Source: a bacterium (GTDB taxonomy: Bacteria; Bacteroidota; Bacteroidia; Bacteroidales; UBA1402). From it: 64,000 bases of DNA. The notes under the pieces are model-generated. The model saw only the letters and a program-made list of their open reading frames with translations, did no database searches and was not told where the DNA came from. Position 1 is the first letter of the stretch; each line of letters starts with the position of its first letter. Where the stretch lies: the NCBI GenBank assembly GCA_963617485.1, contig CAVEPA010000007.1, positions 30,628 through 94,627 on the forward strand, written 5' to 3'. Positions 1 to 8,266 of this stretch are shown here, in pieces. The position numbers and the translations under genes were made by a program.

Positions 1-363
1 ACGACGGTAGACAGTACCTGGTTCGACCTGATTGTGCAAGGTATGCGCGCATCGGTGACGGAGCCTTACGGTACATCGCGCGGCGTGGCCATACCCGGCA
101 TAGCTGTTTGCGGCAAGACCGGCACGGCCGAGAACGTGGGTGTGGACCACTCCATATTCATGTGCTTTGCGCCCATGGAGCAACCCAAGATTGCGCTGCT
201 GGTCTTTATCGAGAACGGCGGTTTCGGTGCCACTTGGGCAGTGCCGATGGCCTCGCTCTTGCTGGAACATTATCTCAAGGGCGAGATTGCACCCCAGCGA
301 CGCTGGATGGAAACAAGATTGTTGAACGCTAATTTGATGGAAGTTGAGCCCGAACGCAAATAA
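1..363 (+). CDS. mrdA: penicillin-binding protein 2 (peptidoglycan D,D-transpeptidase), C-terminal fragment; the 5' end lies upstream of the window
   Basis: Frame 1 is open from nt 1. The tail contains the KTGT box (AVCGKTGTAENV) of penicillin-binding transpeptidases. A RodA homologue follows and overlaps it by 20 nt, which is the canonical mrdA-rodA pair. Confidence 0.85.
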   Translation, partial: TTVDSTWFDLIVQGMRASVTEPYGTSRGVAIPGIAVCGKTGTAENVGVDHSIFMCFAPMEQPKIALLVFIENGGFGATWAVPMASLLLEHYLKGEIAPQRRWMETRLLNANLMEVEPERK

Positions 364-1813
364 CAAAACTTTCTGGGCGTCGCTCGACTACCAGATGATA
401 GTGATGTATCTGGCCTTGGTTTTCCTGGGCTGGATGACCATCTATAGTGCCAGTTACAATTACGAGGAGAGTCTGGATATTTTCAGCCAGAATATCGCCT
501 CGGGCAAACAGTTTGTATGGATAGTCATCTCTCTGTTGGCTGCCGTGCTGATGCTGCTGATTGACTCACGTTGGATAGGCGGCGCGGCCAACTACATTTA
601 TCTTCTGGTAATGGCTCTGCTGGCGGTGACCATCGTGCTTGCTCCGGAAATCAAAGGTTCGCGCTCATGGCTGGTGCTGGGACCCTTCTCGTTCCAACCG
701 GCGGAGTTCGCCAAGATGGCCACCTCTCTTGCCTTGGCCAAGTGCATCTCGCAACAAGACTTCGACCTGAAACGTTCCCGCCGCAAATATCTCGTTATCG
801 GTATCATCATGCTGCCTATCCTCTTGGTGCTGCTGCAGAAGGAAACCGGTTCGGCTTTGGTCTATCTTTCTCTGTTTCTGGTGCTTTTCCGTGTGGGAAT
901 GACACCTTGGGTGCTGGGAGCCGCCATCGCCGCCATCGTCTTGTTTATCGTGTCGATACGTTATAATGCAGCCATGCTGTGGCAACACACCTGTATGGGT
1001 ACCTTCATTTCGTTACTCTGCATTGAGGTGCTGCTCTTCTGCTGGTTCAGTCTGGCCAATCCGCGTGAAAGGAGAATGCGGCTCACCATCTTGCTGATTG
1101 ATGCCTTGCCGCTCTTGCTGGCCTGCATTTGCAATGCTTTCGTCTATCGCTTCAATCTGGATTACGTCCTAATAGGCAGCCTCTTGGTTACGGTGGTCTA
1201 CATAGCCGTGTCGGCACTCAAGAAAAACTTGAAGAACGTCCATTTGATGGCCTTTTCCATCGTGTTGGCCATCGGTTTCCTCTTTGCCACCGACTTTATC
1301 TTCGAAAAGGTGATGCAACCCCATCAGAAGGTGCGTATCGAGGTGCTGTTGGGCATGACCGACGACCCCGACAATGCCGGCTACAACGTGAATCAGGCCA
1401 AGATTTCGATAGGATCCGGAGGCTTGCTGGGCCGAGGTTACTTGAGCGGAACGCAGACCAAACTGAAATATGTACCCGAGCAGGATACCGACTTCATCTT
1501 CTGCACGGTGGGCGAGGAGTTCGGCTTTGTGGGTTCGGCCTTGCTGGTGCTCTTCTATCTTTATTTCATCGTCCGGCTGGTGTTGCTGGCCGAACGTCAA
1601 CGGCATCTCTTTGCCATGGTGTACGGCTATTGCGTGGCAAGCATCTTCTTTTTTCATGTGCTAATCAATTTGGGTATGGTGATGGGTATCATGCCTGTTA
1701 TCGGTATACCTTTGCCTTTCTTCAGTTATGGCGGTTCATCGCTGTTGGCCTTTACCATACTGCTGTTCGCCTTTTTGCGTATGGATGCCGACCGCATGAC
1801 TATCAGTGTGTAA
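344..1813 (+). CDS. rodA: rod shape-determining protein RodA (SEDS / FtsW-RodA-SpoVE family peptidoglycan polymerase)
   Basis: 489-aa polytopic membrane protein with SEDS motifs (GSRSWLVLGPFSFQPAEFAK, PEQDTDFIF, GIPLPFFSYGGSS). It lies directly after mrdA. The start is a TTG at 344, so the exact start is uncertain. Confidence 0.9.
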   Translation: MSPNANNKTFWASLDYQMIVMYLALVFLGWMTIYSASYNYEESLDIFSQNIASGKQFVWIVISLLAAVLMLLIDSRWIGGAANYIYLLVMALLAVTIVLAPEIKGSRSWLVLGPFSFQPAEFAKMATSLALAKCISQQDFDLKRSRRKYLVIGIIMLPILLVLLQKETGSALVYLSLFLVLFRVGMTPWVLGAAIAAIVLFIVSIRYNAAMLWQHTCMGTFISLLCIEVLLFCWFSLANPRERRMRLTILLIDALPLLLACICNAFVYRFNLDYVLIGSLLVTVVYIAVSALKKNLKNVHLMAFSIVLAIGFLFATDFIFEKVMQPHQKVRIEVLLGMTDDPDNAGYNVNQAKISIGSGGLLGRGYLSGTQTKLKYVPEQDTDFIFCTVGEEFGFVGSALLVLFYLYFIVRLVLLAERQRHLFAMVYGYCVASIFFFHVLINLGMVMGIMPVIGIPLPFFSYGGSSLLAFTILLFAFLRMDADRMTISV

Positions 1814-3742
1814 ATGACTTTAAACGAGAAGAATATGTCAAACTATCATTGGAATTATTGTTCATTGGGCGGAGTTGCCCGCGTTGCCATCAACAGTGGC
1901 GAAGACATCAGACATCTGTCTGAACTGGATGAAAAATTGTGGACGGTATTGAGCATGCCCATCACGGCACTGGAGTTCGATGCCAAGACCTTGGCTTTGG
2001 TCGACAAAGACCACGACGGACGTATCCGCATACACGAAATGGTGGCTGTCGGCGAATATCTCTGCGCCGTTGTGAAGGATGCCGACAGTTTGCTCAAGCG
2101 TGAGGATGCTATCGCTGTTGATGCTTTGAGCGATACCCCCGATGCCCAGACGCTGCGCGATGCCGCTGCTTTGCTTGGAAAAGATACCCTGAGCCTGGCT
2201 CAGGTGGCCGATCTGGCTGCGAACCTGGCTGTGAGCGTGGCTGCCCAAGAGGCTCCCGCCAAGCCCGAAGCTCCCTATGGTGAGCATACCCAAGCCGTGA
2301 TGGATGCCGTTGCCTCACTCAAAAACAAGGTGGCCGATTTCTTCATGCGCTGTCAGTTGATTGCCTTCAACCAAGAATGTGCCGCTTCGGTAGACACTTC
2401 GTTGACCAAAATCGCCGCCATTTCGGGCGAAGATATGTCGGCTTGCGCCGCCCAGATTGCCACTTGCCCCTTGGCCCAGCCCAACAAAGAAGGGCTGCTT
2501 CCTCTTAAGGGCGCTATCAATCCCGCTTTGGCCGCTACTTTCGGCGTGGTGGAAAAATTCGCCCTTACGCCGGATTATCCCGAGGCTGAGGCTGTGTCGC
2601 AAGAACAATGGAACGCTGTTGAGGCCAAACTCGCAGCCTATACCGCCGCACTCGACACTCAGGCCAAGTCCCAGACCGCCATTCAAGACGAGGCTTTGGC
2701 AAAACGCAAGGCTGCCATCGATATTTGGGACAATTTCCTGCATCTGTACCGCGACTATTACCGCTTGCTTTGCAACTTTGTGGTGATGTCCGATTTCTAT
2801 AGCAAAGAGGCCGACAAACAAGCCGTCTTCCAAGCCGGCAAGCTCTTTATCGACCAGCGCTGCTGCGAGCTCTGTCTCGAAGTGAGCGATATGGGCAAAC
2901 ATGGCGATATGGCCGGTCTGAGCGGTATGTTCCTTATTTATTGCACTTGTGTGAGCCGCACCAAGAACCAGACCCGCAACATCGTGGCCGTGCTTACCGA
3001 CGGCGACGTGGACGGTGTCCGTGTGGGCAAGAACGCTGTGTTCTACGACCGCTCGGGTGGCGATTGGGATGCCGTCATCACCAAGGTGATAGACAATCCC
3101 ATCAGCATAAAGCAGGCTTTTTGGTCGCCCTACAAGAAGTTGGGCCGCTGGATCAGCGACAAGGTGAACAAGGCTGCCGGTGACAAGGAATCCAACATCA
3201 CCAAGAATCTGACGGCCAGCACCGACAAGTTTATGGCCGATGCCGCCAAGCCCGCCGACAAGGCCACGGCCGATGCCGCCAAGCAAGCCCAGCCATTCGA
3301 CATTGCCAAGTTCTGCGGTATCTTTGCTGCCATCGGCATGGCCATCGGTTATATCGGCGGCTTCCTGACGCAGTTCGCCCAAGGTCTTTTGTCGCTGGGT
3401 TGGCTGATGCCGCTGGGCATTATCGCCATCTTCCTGCTGATTTCCGGCCCCTCGATGTTCATCGCCTGGAGCAAGCTCAAGAAGCGCGACCTGGGTCCTG
3501 TGCTCAACGCCAACGGTTGGGCCATCAACGCCAAGATTCTGGTGAACACCCGCTTCGGCTCTACGCTCACCTCACTGGCCAAGTATCCCAATATCATCGC
3601 CTTGGCTGCCAGTGATCCTTATGCCAAAAAGAAGAAAAAATGCAAGGCCGGTTATTGGATTCTGGCTATTGTCATCCTCTTGCTCGCTGCCGCTGCCGTA
3701 CTGCAATTCGGCGGTTTTTACCAGATAATCGTTATTGAATAA
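1814..3742 (+). CDS. conserved hypothetical membrane-anchored protein with one canonical EF-hand Ca-binding loop
   Basis: 642-aa ORF whose ATG directly follows the rodA stop. A 12-residue loop DKDHDGRIRIHE (nt 2003-2038) fits the EF-hand pattern D-x-D-x-D-G-x-I-x-x-x-E. The middle is Ala/Gln-rich, and there are three predicted TM helices near the C-terminus (FCGIFAAIGMAIGYIGGF, LMPLGIIAIFLLISGPSMFIAW, YWILAIVILLLAAAAVL). I do not recognise a family. Confidence 0.6.
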   Translation: MTLNEKNMSNYHWNYCSLGGVARVAINSGEDIRHLSELDEKLWTVLSMPITALEFDAKTLALVDKDHDGRIRIHEMVAVGEYLCAVVKDADSLLKREDAIAVDALSDTPDAQTLRDAAALLGKDTLSLAQVADLAANLAVSVAAQEAPAKPEAPYGEHTQAVMDAVASLKNKVADFFMRCQLIAFNQECAASVDTSLTKIAAISGEDMSACAAQIATCPLAQPNKEGLLPLKGAINPALAATFGVVEKFALTPDYPEAEAVSQEQWNAVEAKLAAYTAALDTQAKSQTAIQDEALAKRKAAIDIWDNFLHLYRDYYRLLCNFVVMSDFYSKEADKQAVFQAGKLFIDQRCCELCLEVSDMGKHGDMAGLSGMFLIYCTCVSRTKNQTRNIVAVLTDGDVDGVRVGKNAVFYDRSGGDWDAVITKVIDNPISIKQAFWSPYKKLGRWISDKVNKAAGDKESNITKNLTASTDKFMADAAKPADKATADAAKQAQPFDIAKFCGIFAAIGMAIGYIGGFLTQFAQGLLSLGWLMPLGIIAIFLLISGPSMFIAWSKLKKRDLGPVLNANGWAINAKILVNTRFGSTLTSLAKYPNIIALAASDPYAKKKKKCKAGYWILAIVILLLAAAAVLQFGGFYQIIVIE

Positions 3743-3744
3743 GA

Positions 3745-5406
3745 ATGAAGAATTTGCTTAAGATTACGGCCCTGAGCCTGATGGCGGCCTGCTGCCTGGC
3801 TTTTACGCCGCAAGAACAGAAAAAAATCACCATTTTCACCATCGGCGACTCCACCTGCGCCAACAAAAGTCTGAAAAAGAATGCGCAAGAAAGGGGTTGG
3901 GGCCAAATGCTGGGCGCTTACCTGGACAGCCGCTATGTGGTGGTCGACAATCATGCCCTGAACGGCCGCAGCAGCAAGAGCTTTCGCGACGAAGGCCATT
4001 GGCAGAAGGTGTACGACAAAATCCAGCCGGGCGACTACGTGTTTATCCAGTTCGGCCATAACGACCAGAAACCCAAGGAAGACCGTCACACCGACCCTGG
4101 CACGACCTACAACGAGAGCCTGCGCCAATATGTGAACGCAACCCGCGAGAAGGGTGGCATACCCGTGCTGCTTACTTCGATGGTGCGCCGCAAGTTCGAC
4201 GAAAACGGCCAGTTGCAGGAAACCCACGGCGACTATCTGCAAGCCGTCCGCGATGTGGCCAAGGAAATGGATGTCATCCTTATCGACCACAATGTCTCCA
4301 GCCGTGAACTGGTGAAGTCGCTTGGCCCTGAAGACTCCAAACGTCTGTATCTGTGGATTGAAAAGGATACCAATCTAGCTATGCCCGATGGCCGTGAGGA
4401 CGATACGCATCTGTGTGTATACGGTGCCAAACGTATGGCCTGGCTGATTCTGGACGAAATGTCGCAGAAAATTCCGCAGTTGGCTCCCTTTGTGCGTCAC
4501 TACGACTATGTGGTAGCCAAGGACGGTTCGGGCGATTTCTTCTCGGTGCAGGATGCCATCGATGCCGTGCCCGATTTCCGCAAGGCCGCCCGCACGCGCA
4601 TCTATATCCGCAACGGCGTGTACAAGGAAAAACTGATACTGCCTGCCAGCAAACTGAATGTCACCTTTATAGGCGAAGACGTGGAGAAAACCGTCCTAAC
4701 CTACGATGATTATGCTTCCAAAAAGAATGTCTTTGGCGAAGATAAGGGTACCTCGGGTTCCTCGAGCTTCTATGTCTATGGCCCCGATTTCCATGCCGAG
4801 AACATCACGTTCGAAAATTCGGCAGGTCCGGTGGGACAGGCAGTGGCCATCTTTGTGGCGGGCGATAAGGCCGCTTTCCGCAACTGCCGTTTTCTGGGCA
4901 ACCAGGACACCATGTACAACTGGGGACGCCAGAGCCGTCAGTACTACGAAAACTGCTACATCGAAGGCACGGTCGATTTTATCTTCGGTTCGTCGGTGGC
5001 TTACTTCAAGAATTGCGAAATCCATGCCAAGCGCGGTGGCTATCTGACGGCTGCCTCTACGCCCGAAGGTAACGATTACGGTTACGTGTTCGACCATTGC
5101 CGCGTTACGGTAGACGATGAGGCTGCCAAGGTATTCTTGGGCCGTCCTTGGCGTCAGTATGCACAGACGGTCTTCCTTTACTGCGAGCTGCCTGCAGGCA
5201 TTGCACCCGAAGGTTGGAACGATTGGGGCAAGAAGAACCTCAACAAGACCACTTGCTATGCCGAATATGGTTGCACGGGTCCTGGCGCCGACACTTCCAA
5301 GCGTGTCAAATGGGCGCAGAAACTGAATGCCAAGAAAGCTGCCCGCTACAGCGTCGATAAGGTGCTGGCTGGCGAAGACGGCTGGACGGTGCCTACGGAA
5401 TGGTAA
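3745..5406 (+). CDS. bifunctional pectin esterase: N-terminal SGNH/GDSL rhamnogalacturonan acetylesterase-like domain (CE12-like) fused to a C-terminal pectin methylesterase (CE8)
   Basis: Signal peptide, then the GDS block (TIFTIGDSTCANK) and the FIQFGHNDQ and DDTH blocks of SGNH hydrolases. The C-terminal half has CE8 signatures (GSGDFFSVQDAIDAVP, QAVAIFVAGDKAAFRNCRFLGNQDTMY, DFIFG, LGRPWR). Confidence 0.85.
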   Translation: MKNLLKITALSLMAACCLAFTPQEQKKITIFTIGDSTCANKSLKKNAQERGWGQMLGAYLDSRYVVVDNHALNGRSSKSFRDEGHWQKVYDKIQPGDYVFIQFGHNDQKPKEDRHTDPGTTYNESLRQYVNATREKGGIPVLLTSMVRRKFDENGQLQETHGDYLQAVRDVAKEMDVILIDHNVSSRELVKSLGPEDSKRLYLWIEKDTNLAMPDGREDDTHLCVYGAKRMAWLILDEMSQKIPQLAPFVRHYDYVVAKDGSGDFFSVQDAIDAVPDFRKAARTRIYIRNGVYKEKLILPASKLNVTFIGEDVEKTVLTYDDYASKKNVFGEDKGTSGSSSFYVYGPDFHAENITFENSAGPVGQAVAIFVAGDKAAFRNCRFLGNQDTMYNWGRQSRQYYENCYIEGTVDFIFGSSVAYFKNCEIHAKRGGYLTAASTPEGNDYGYVFDHCRVTVDDEAAKVFLGRPWRQYAQTVFLYCELPAGIAPEGWNDWGKKNLNKTTCYAEYGCTGPGADTSKRVKWAQKLNAKKAARYSVDKVLAGEDGWTVPTEW

Positions 5407-5845
5407 GTTCCAAGCCCAGGCGTTGCAGATGTGGTAGCTGCTCGTCCTGCATCAGATGATAAACCACCACACGGAACGGGAACCTGTCGGCCGAAAGCAC
5501 AAAAGGTGCGAGGCACGACGGGTTCTCTTTTTGCCGGTCGTGGGGACGCAGGTCGAGGGTATCGATGTGAACGCCGTTGTCGCATTGGGTCATAACGGCC
5601 ACCATCAGGTTGCGGTAGGGGTAAGCGGCCGTCTGGCTTTGGTCGATACACAGGTTGTAGCTGATAGGCAGCCCCTCTTCGTAGCGGGCCAGTAGCTGAG
5701 GCTCCACTTGAATGTCGAAGCTAAGGCTGTCTTGTTGCTGCCAGCTTTCGTGGGCAATATAGCGGTACTGGTGATAAAGGCAGCGCCGGTCTTGGCAGGC
5801 ATAGCAGCAACAGCACAGCAATAGGAGTAGGGTCAGCCGTTTCAT
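5393..5845 (-). CDS. gldH: gliding-motility / T9SS-associated lipoprotein GldH
   Basis: 150-aa lipoprotein (signal peptide ending in CYAC). It carries the W..D.LSF and AYPYRNLMV motifs I associate with GldH. It sits downstream of holB and the PSP1 gene, a common Bacteroidota arrangement. Its start overlaps the PSP1 stop by 4 nt (ATGA). Confidence 0.7.
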   Translation of the reverse strand: MKRLTLLLLLCCCCYACQDRRCLYHQYRYIAHESWQQQDSLSFDIQVEPQLLARYEEGLPISYNLCIDQSQTAAYPYRNLMVAVMTQCDNGVHIDTLDLRPHDRQKENPSCLAPFVLSADRFPFRVVVYHLMQDEQLPHLQRLGLELTIP

Positions 5846-7098
5846 GCCTGCTGGTTTTCGTTGCCAGAGCGATTTCCATTGCCCGAGCGGTTCTCTTTGC
5901 CGGGCTTGCCGTTATCGCCCTTGGGCTTGTGGTGACGGTTGCGGTTGCGATTTTCGGAACGCTCACGATTTTCAGAACGCTCGCGGTTGTCGGAACGCTC
6001 ACGATTGTCGGGACGCTCTTTGCGACGGTCCTTGTTGCGGCGGGGCTTGTCGAAGCGGGTCAGGTCGTTGCCAAGGATGTCGCCGAAATCGCTCTGTTCG
6101 CTGCGGATGCTGTTTTCCGACAGACTTTCCACCTTGACACCCCTGCGGTTAAGCTTGATGATTTGCCAGGCCCGGTCGGTGCTAATCACTTCCGTATTGA
6201 CAAAGGCATCTTTGGCCGTAGAGTAGGTAATTTCCTTTTTCAGCAGGTCGCATTTTACCTGATAATAAGTGGCGTCCTTGGTTTCCAGCGTGATATCTTT
6301 GGCGGGAAAGGCCTTGGCTGCTTCCACATAGGTGTCGATTTCGTAGTTCATGCAGCATTTCAGCTTGGCGCACTGGCCGGCCAATTTCTGCGGATTCAGG
6401 CTCATGTCCTGACAGCGGGCGGCATTGGTGGATACCGATACGAAGTTGCTCATCCACGACGAACAGCACATTTCGCGTCCGCAGGGACCGATGCCGCCGA
6501 TGCGTCCGGCTTCCTGGCGTGCGCCTATCTGCTTCATCTCGATGCGGATATGGAAAGCGTCGGCCAATACCTTGATGAGTTCACGGAAGTCTACGCGCCC
6601 GTCGGCAATGTAGTAGAAGATGGCCTTGTTGCCGTCGCCCTGATACTCGACATCGCCTATTTTCATGTCCAGATGCAGGTTCTCGGCAATTTTGCGCGAA
6701 CGCAGCATAGTGTCGTGTTCCTTGGCCTTGGATTCTTCGTATTTCTCCATATCGGCCGGACGGGCCTTGCGGTAGATGCGTTTGGGCTCCTGGTCGAAGC
6801 GGTAGCGCGTCTTCTTCATTTGCTTGAGTACCAGCTGACCGGTGAGGCTCACCTGGCCGATGTCGTGGCCCGGGGCCGACTCTACAGCCACCCAATCGCC
6901 TTTGCGCAGGTCTATCTTGTTGCTGTTCAGGTAATAGCCTTTGCGGGTATTCTTGAACTGAACCTCTACAAAATCGGTGGCCGACTGCGCCTCGGGCAAG
7001 TCGCAAAGCCAGTCGAAGGTATTGAGTTTCTTTAGGGTGACACCGCTGCTTCCCTTGATGTTCATCAGAAAGCCGGTATTTTGCAGTTTGTATTCCAT
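5842..7098 (-). CDS. PSP1 domain protein (RicT/YaaT-like) with a basic, repetitive C-terminal tail
   Basis: Conserved PSP1 core with a Cys cluster (GPCGREMCCSSW, CAKLKCC). I place the start at the internal ATG 7098 (MEYKLQN...), 5 nt after the holB stop, not at the track start 7161. The tail is RRNKDRRKERPDNRERSDNRERSENRERSENRNRNRHHKPKG... Confidence 0.85.
   Translation of the reverse strand: MEYKLQNTGFLMNIKGSSGVTLKKLNTFDWLCDLPEAQSATDFVEVQFKNTRKGYYLNSNKIDLRKGDWVAVESAPGHDIGQVSLTGQLVLKQMKKTRYRFDQEPKRIYRKARPADMEKYEESKAKEHDTMLRSRKIAENLHLDMKIGDVEYQGDGNKAIFYYIADGRVDFRELIKVLADAFHIRIEMKQIGARQEAGRIGGIGPCGREMCCSSWMSNFVSVSTNAARCQDMSLNPQKLAGQCAKLKCCMNYEIDTYVEAAKAFPAKDITLETKDATYYQVKCDLLKKEITYSTAKDAFVNTEVISTDRAWQIIKLNRRGVKVESLSENSIRSEQSDFGDILGNDLTRFDKPRRNKDRRKERPDNRERSDNRERSENRERSENRNRNRHHKPKGDNGKPGKENRSGNGNRSGNENQQA
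5956..6018. repeat. imperfect 18-bp tandem repeat (about 3.5 units) inside the PSP1 gene tail
   Basis: Units are ggaacgctcacgattttc / agaacgctcgcggttgtc / ggaacgctcacgattgtc / gggacgctc... On the coding strand they encode the (S-D/E-N-R-E-R)n repeats. Confidence 0.6.
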
Positions 7099-7102
7099 AA
7101 TG

Positions 7103-8266
7103 TCATTTCTTGAATAAAAGTATCGCCTTGAGCGCCAAGTCGAAAAAGACCATACGCGCATTGACGTTCTGTTCTATATGTCGTTCGGCCTCTTCGAATT
7201 CGGCCATGAATGCTTCTACGTTTCTTTCGTTGATAAAGGGGAAGAACTTCGACGAGAAGGCTTCCTGGTCGGGCTGCAGATAATTGAGCTGAGGCTCGTG
7301 CCAGTTCATGATGAAGTTTTCCCTGATAAGTTTCTGCGCATATTGGCAGAATTGCTTTTGCCGTTCGCGTCCGGTTTTGGCCATCTCTTCCGACCACAAT
7401 TTAAGGTCGATGAGGCTGTTCTGTTTTTCCAGTTTTTTGGCCGGTGAGAAATTGGCGATGGTGTAGGCTCCGCGCATGCAGCGGATAAACTGGTCGAGCA
7501 GCGCTTTTTGCTCGGCATTGTCTTGAACCACTTGTCTGAGACGCGTCCACGAACCTTCGCCCAGACGGACGTAAGCCTGGGCCTGATGGGCATCCAATTG
7601 GGGATATTGCCTTTGCAGCGCTGTCTGCAAGGCTTCCGGCTCGATGCGGCCCACTTTGAGCAGTTGACAGCGTGAATAGATGGTGCCGATAAGTTTGTCT
7701 ACCTGCTCGCAAACCAGCAGAAAGACGGTGTTTTGCGGCGGTTCTTCTATGATTTTAAGCAATTTGTTGGCGCACGCAGGATGCATTTTTTCGGGCAACC
7801 ATATCACCATACACTTATAATCGCTCTGGTAGGCTTTGAGCATCAGTTTGCGCAGAATCTCGCCGCTTTCTTTCTCGTAAATCTGTCCTTGGGCATTGTT
7901 GGCCCCGATGCGGTCCATCCACTGGTTGTAACTGAAGTAGGGGTCGCTGTGCAGCTGTGCGCGCCATTGTTGGATGAAATTGTCGCAAACGTAGTCGCCG
8001 CTGGAGGGCTTGAAAATGGGGTAGGCGAAGTGCAGGTCGGGATGGGCCAACTGGTTGAATTGCTGGCAGGAGGGACAAGAGCCGCAAGCGTCTTGCGGGC
8101 CGCGATTGCTGCAGCAGAGGTAGCGCGCAAAGGCCAGTGCGAGCGGCAGCTTGCCGGTCCCTTCGGGCCCGGCAAGCAACAGCGCGTGCGGCACTTTGTG
8201 CTCATGCACATAGTGCCGCAGGTGTTCCTTGACCTGTTCTTGTCCTATGATATCCTTGAAATACAT
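7103..8266 (-). CDS. holB: DNA polymerase III subunit delta' (clamp-loader AAA+ subunit)
   Basis: N-terminal AAA+ region HALLLAGPEGTGKLPLALAFARYLCC followed by the zinc-module Cys cluster CGSCPSCQQF. About 387 aa, typical of Bacteroidota delta'. Confidence 0.85.
   Translation of the reverse strand: MYFKDIIGQEQVKEHLRHYVHEHKVPHALLLAGPEGTGKLPLALAFARYLCCSNRGPQDACGSCPSCQQFNQLAHPDLHFAYPIFKPSSGDYVCDNFIQQWRAQLHSDPYFSYNQWMDRIGANNAQGQIYEKESGEILRKLMLKAYQSDYKCMVIWLPEKMHPACANKLLKIIEEPPQNTVFLLVCEQVDKLIGTIYSRCQLLKVGRIEPEALQTALQRQYPQLDAHQAQAYVRLGEGSWTRLRQVVQDNAEQKALLDQFIRCMRGAYTIANFSPAKKLEKQNSLIDLKLWSEEMAKTGRERQKQFCQYAQKLIRENFIMNWHEPQLNYLQPDQEAFSSKFFPFINERNVEAFMAEFEEAERHIEQNVNARMVFFDLALKAILLFKK

Noticed and set aside
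7099-7161. Upstream extension of the PSP1 ORF (and similar N-terminal extensions at 9526-9603, 17786-17887, 36554-36598, 38814-38876 and 39679-39747)
   Set aside because: The extensions overlap the preceding gene or lack conservation-like features. Internal ATGs give canonical N-termini or signal peptides and sensible intergenic spacing.
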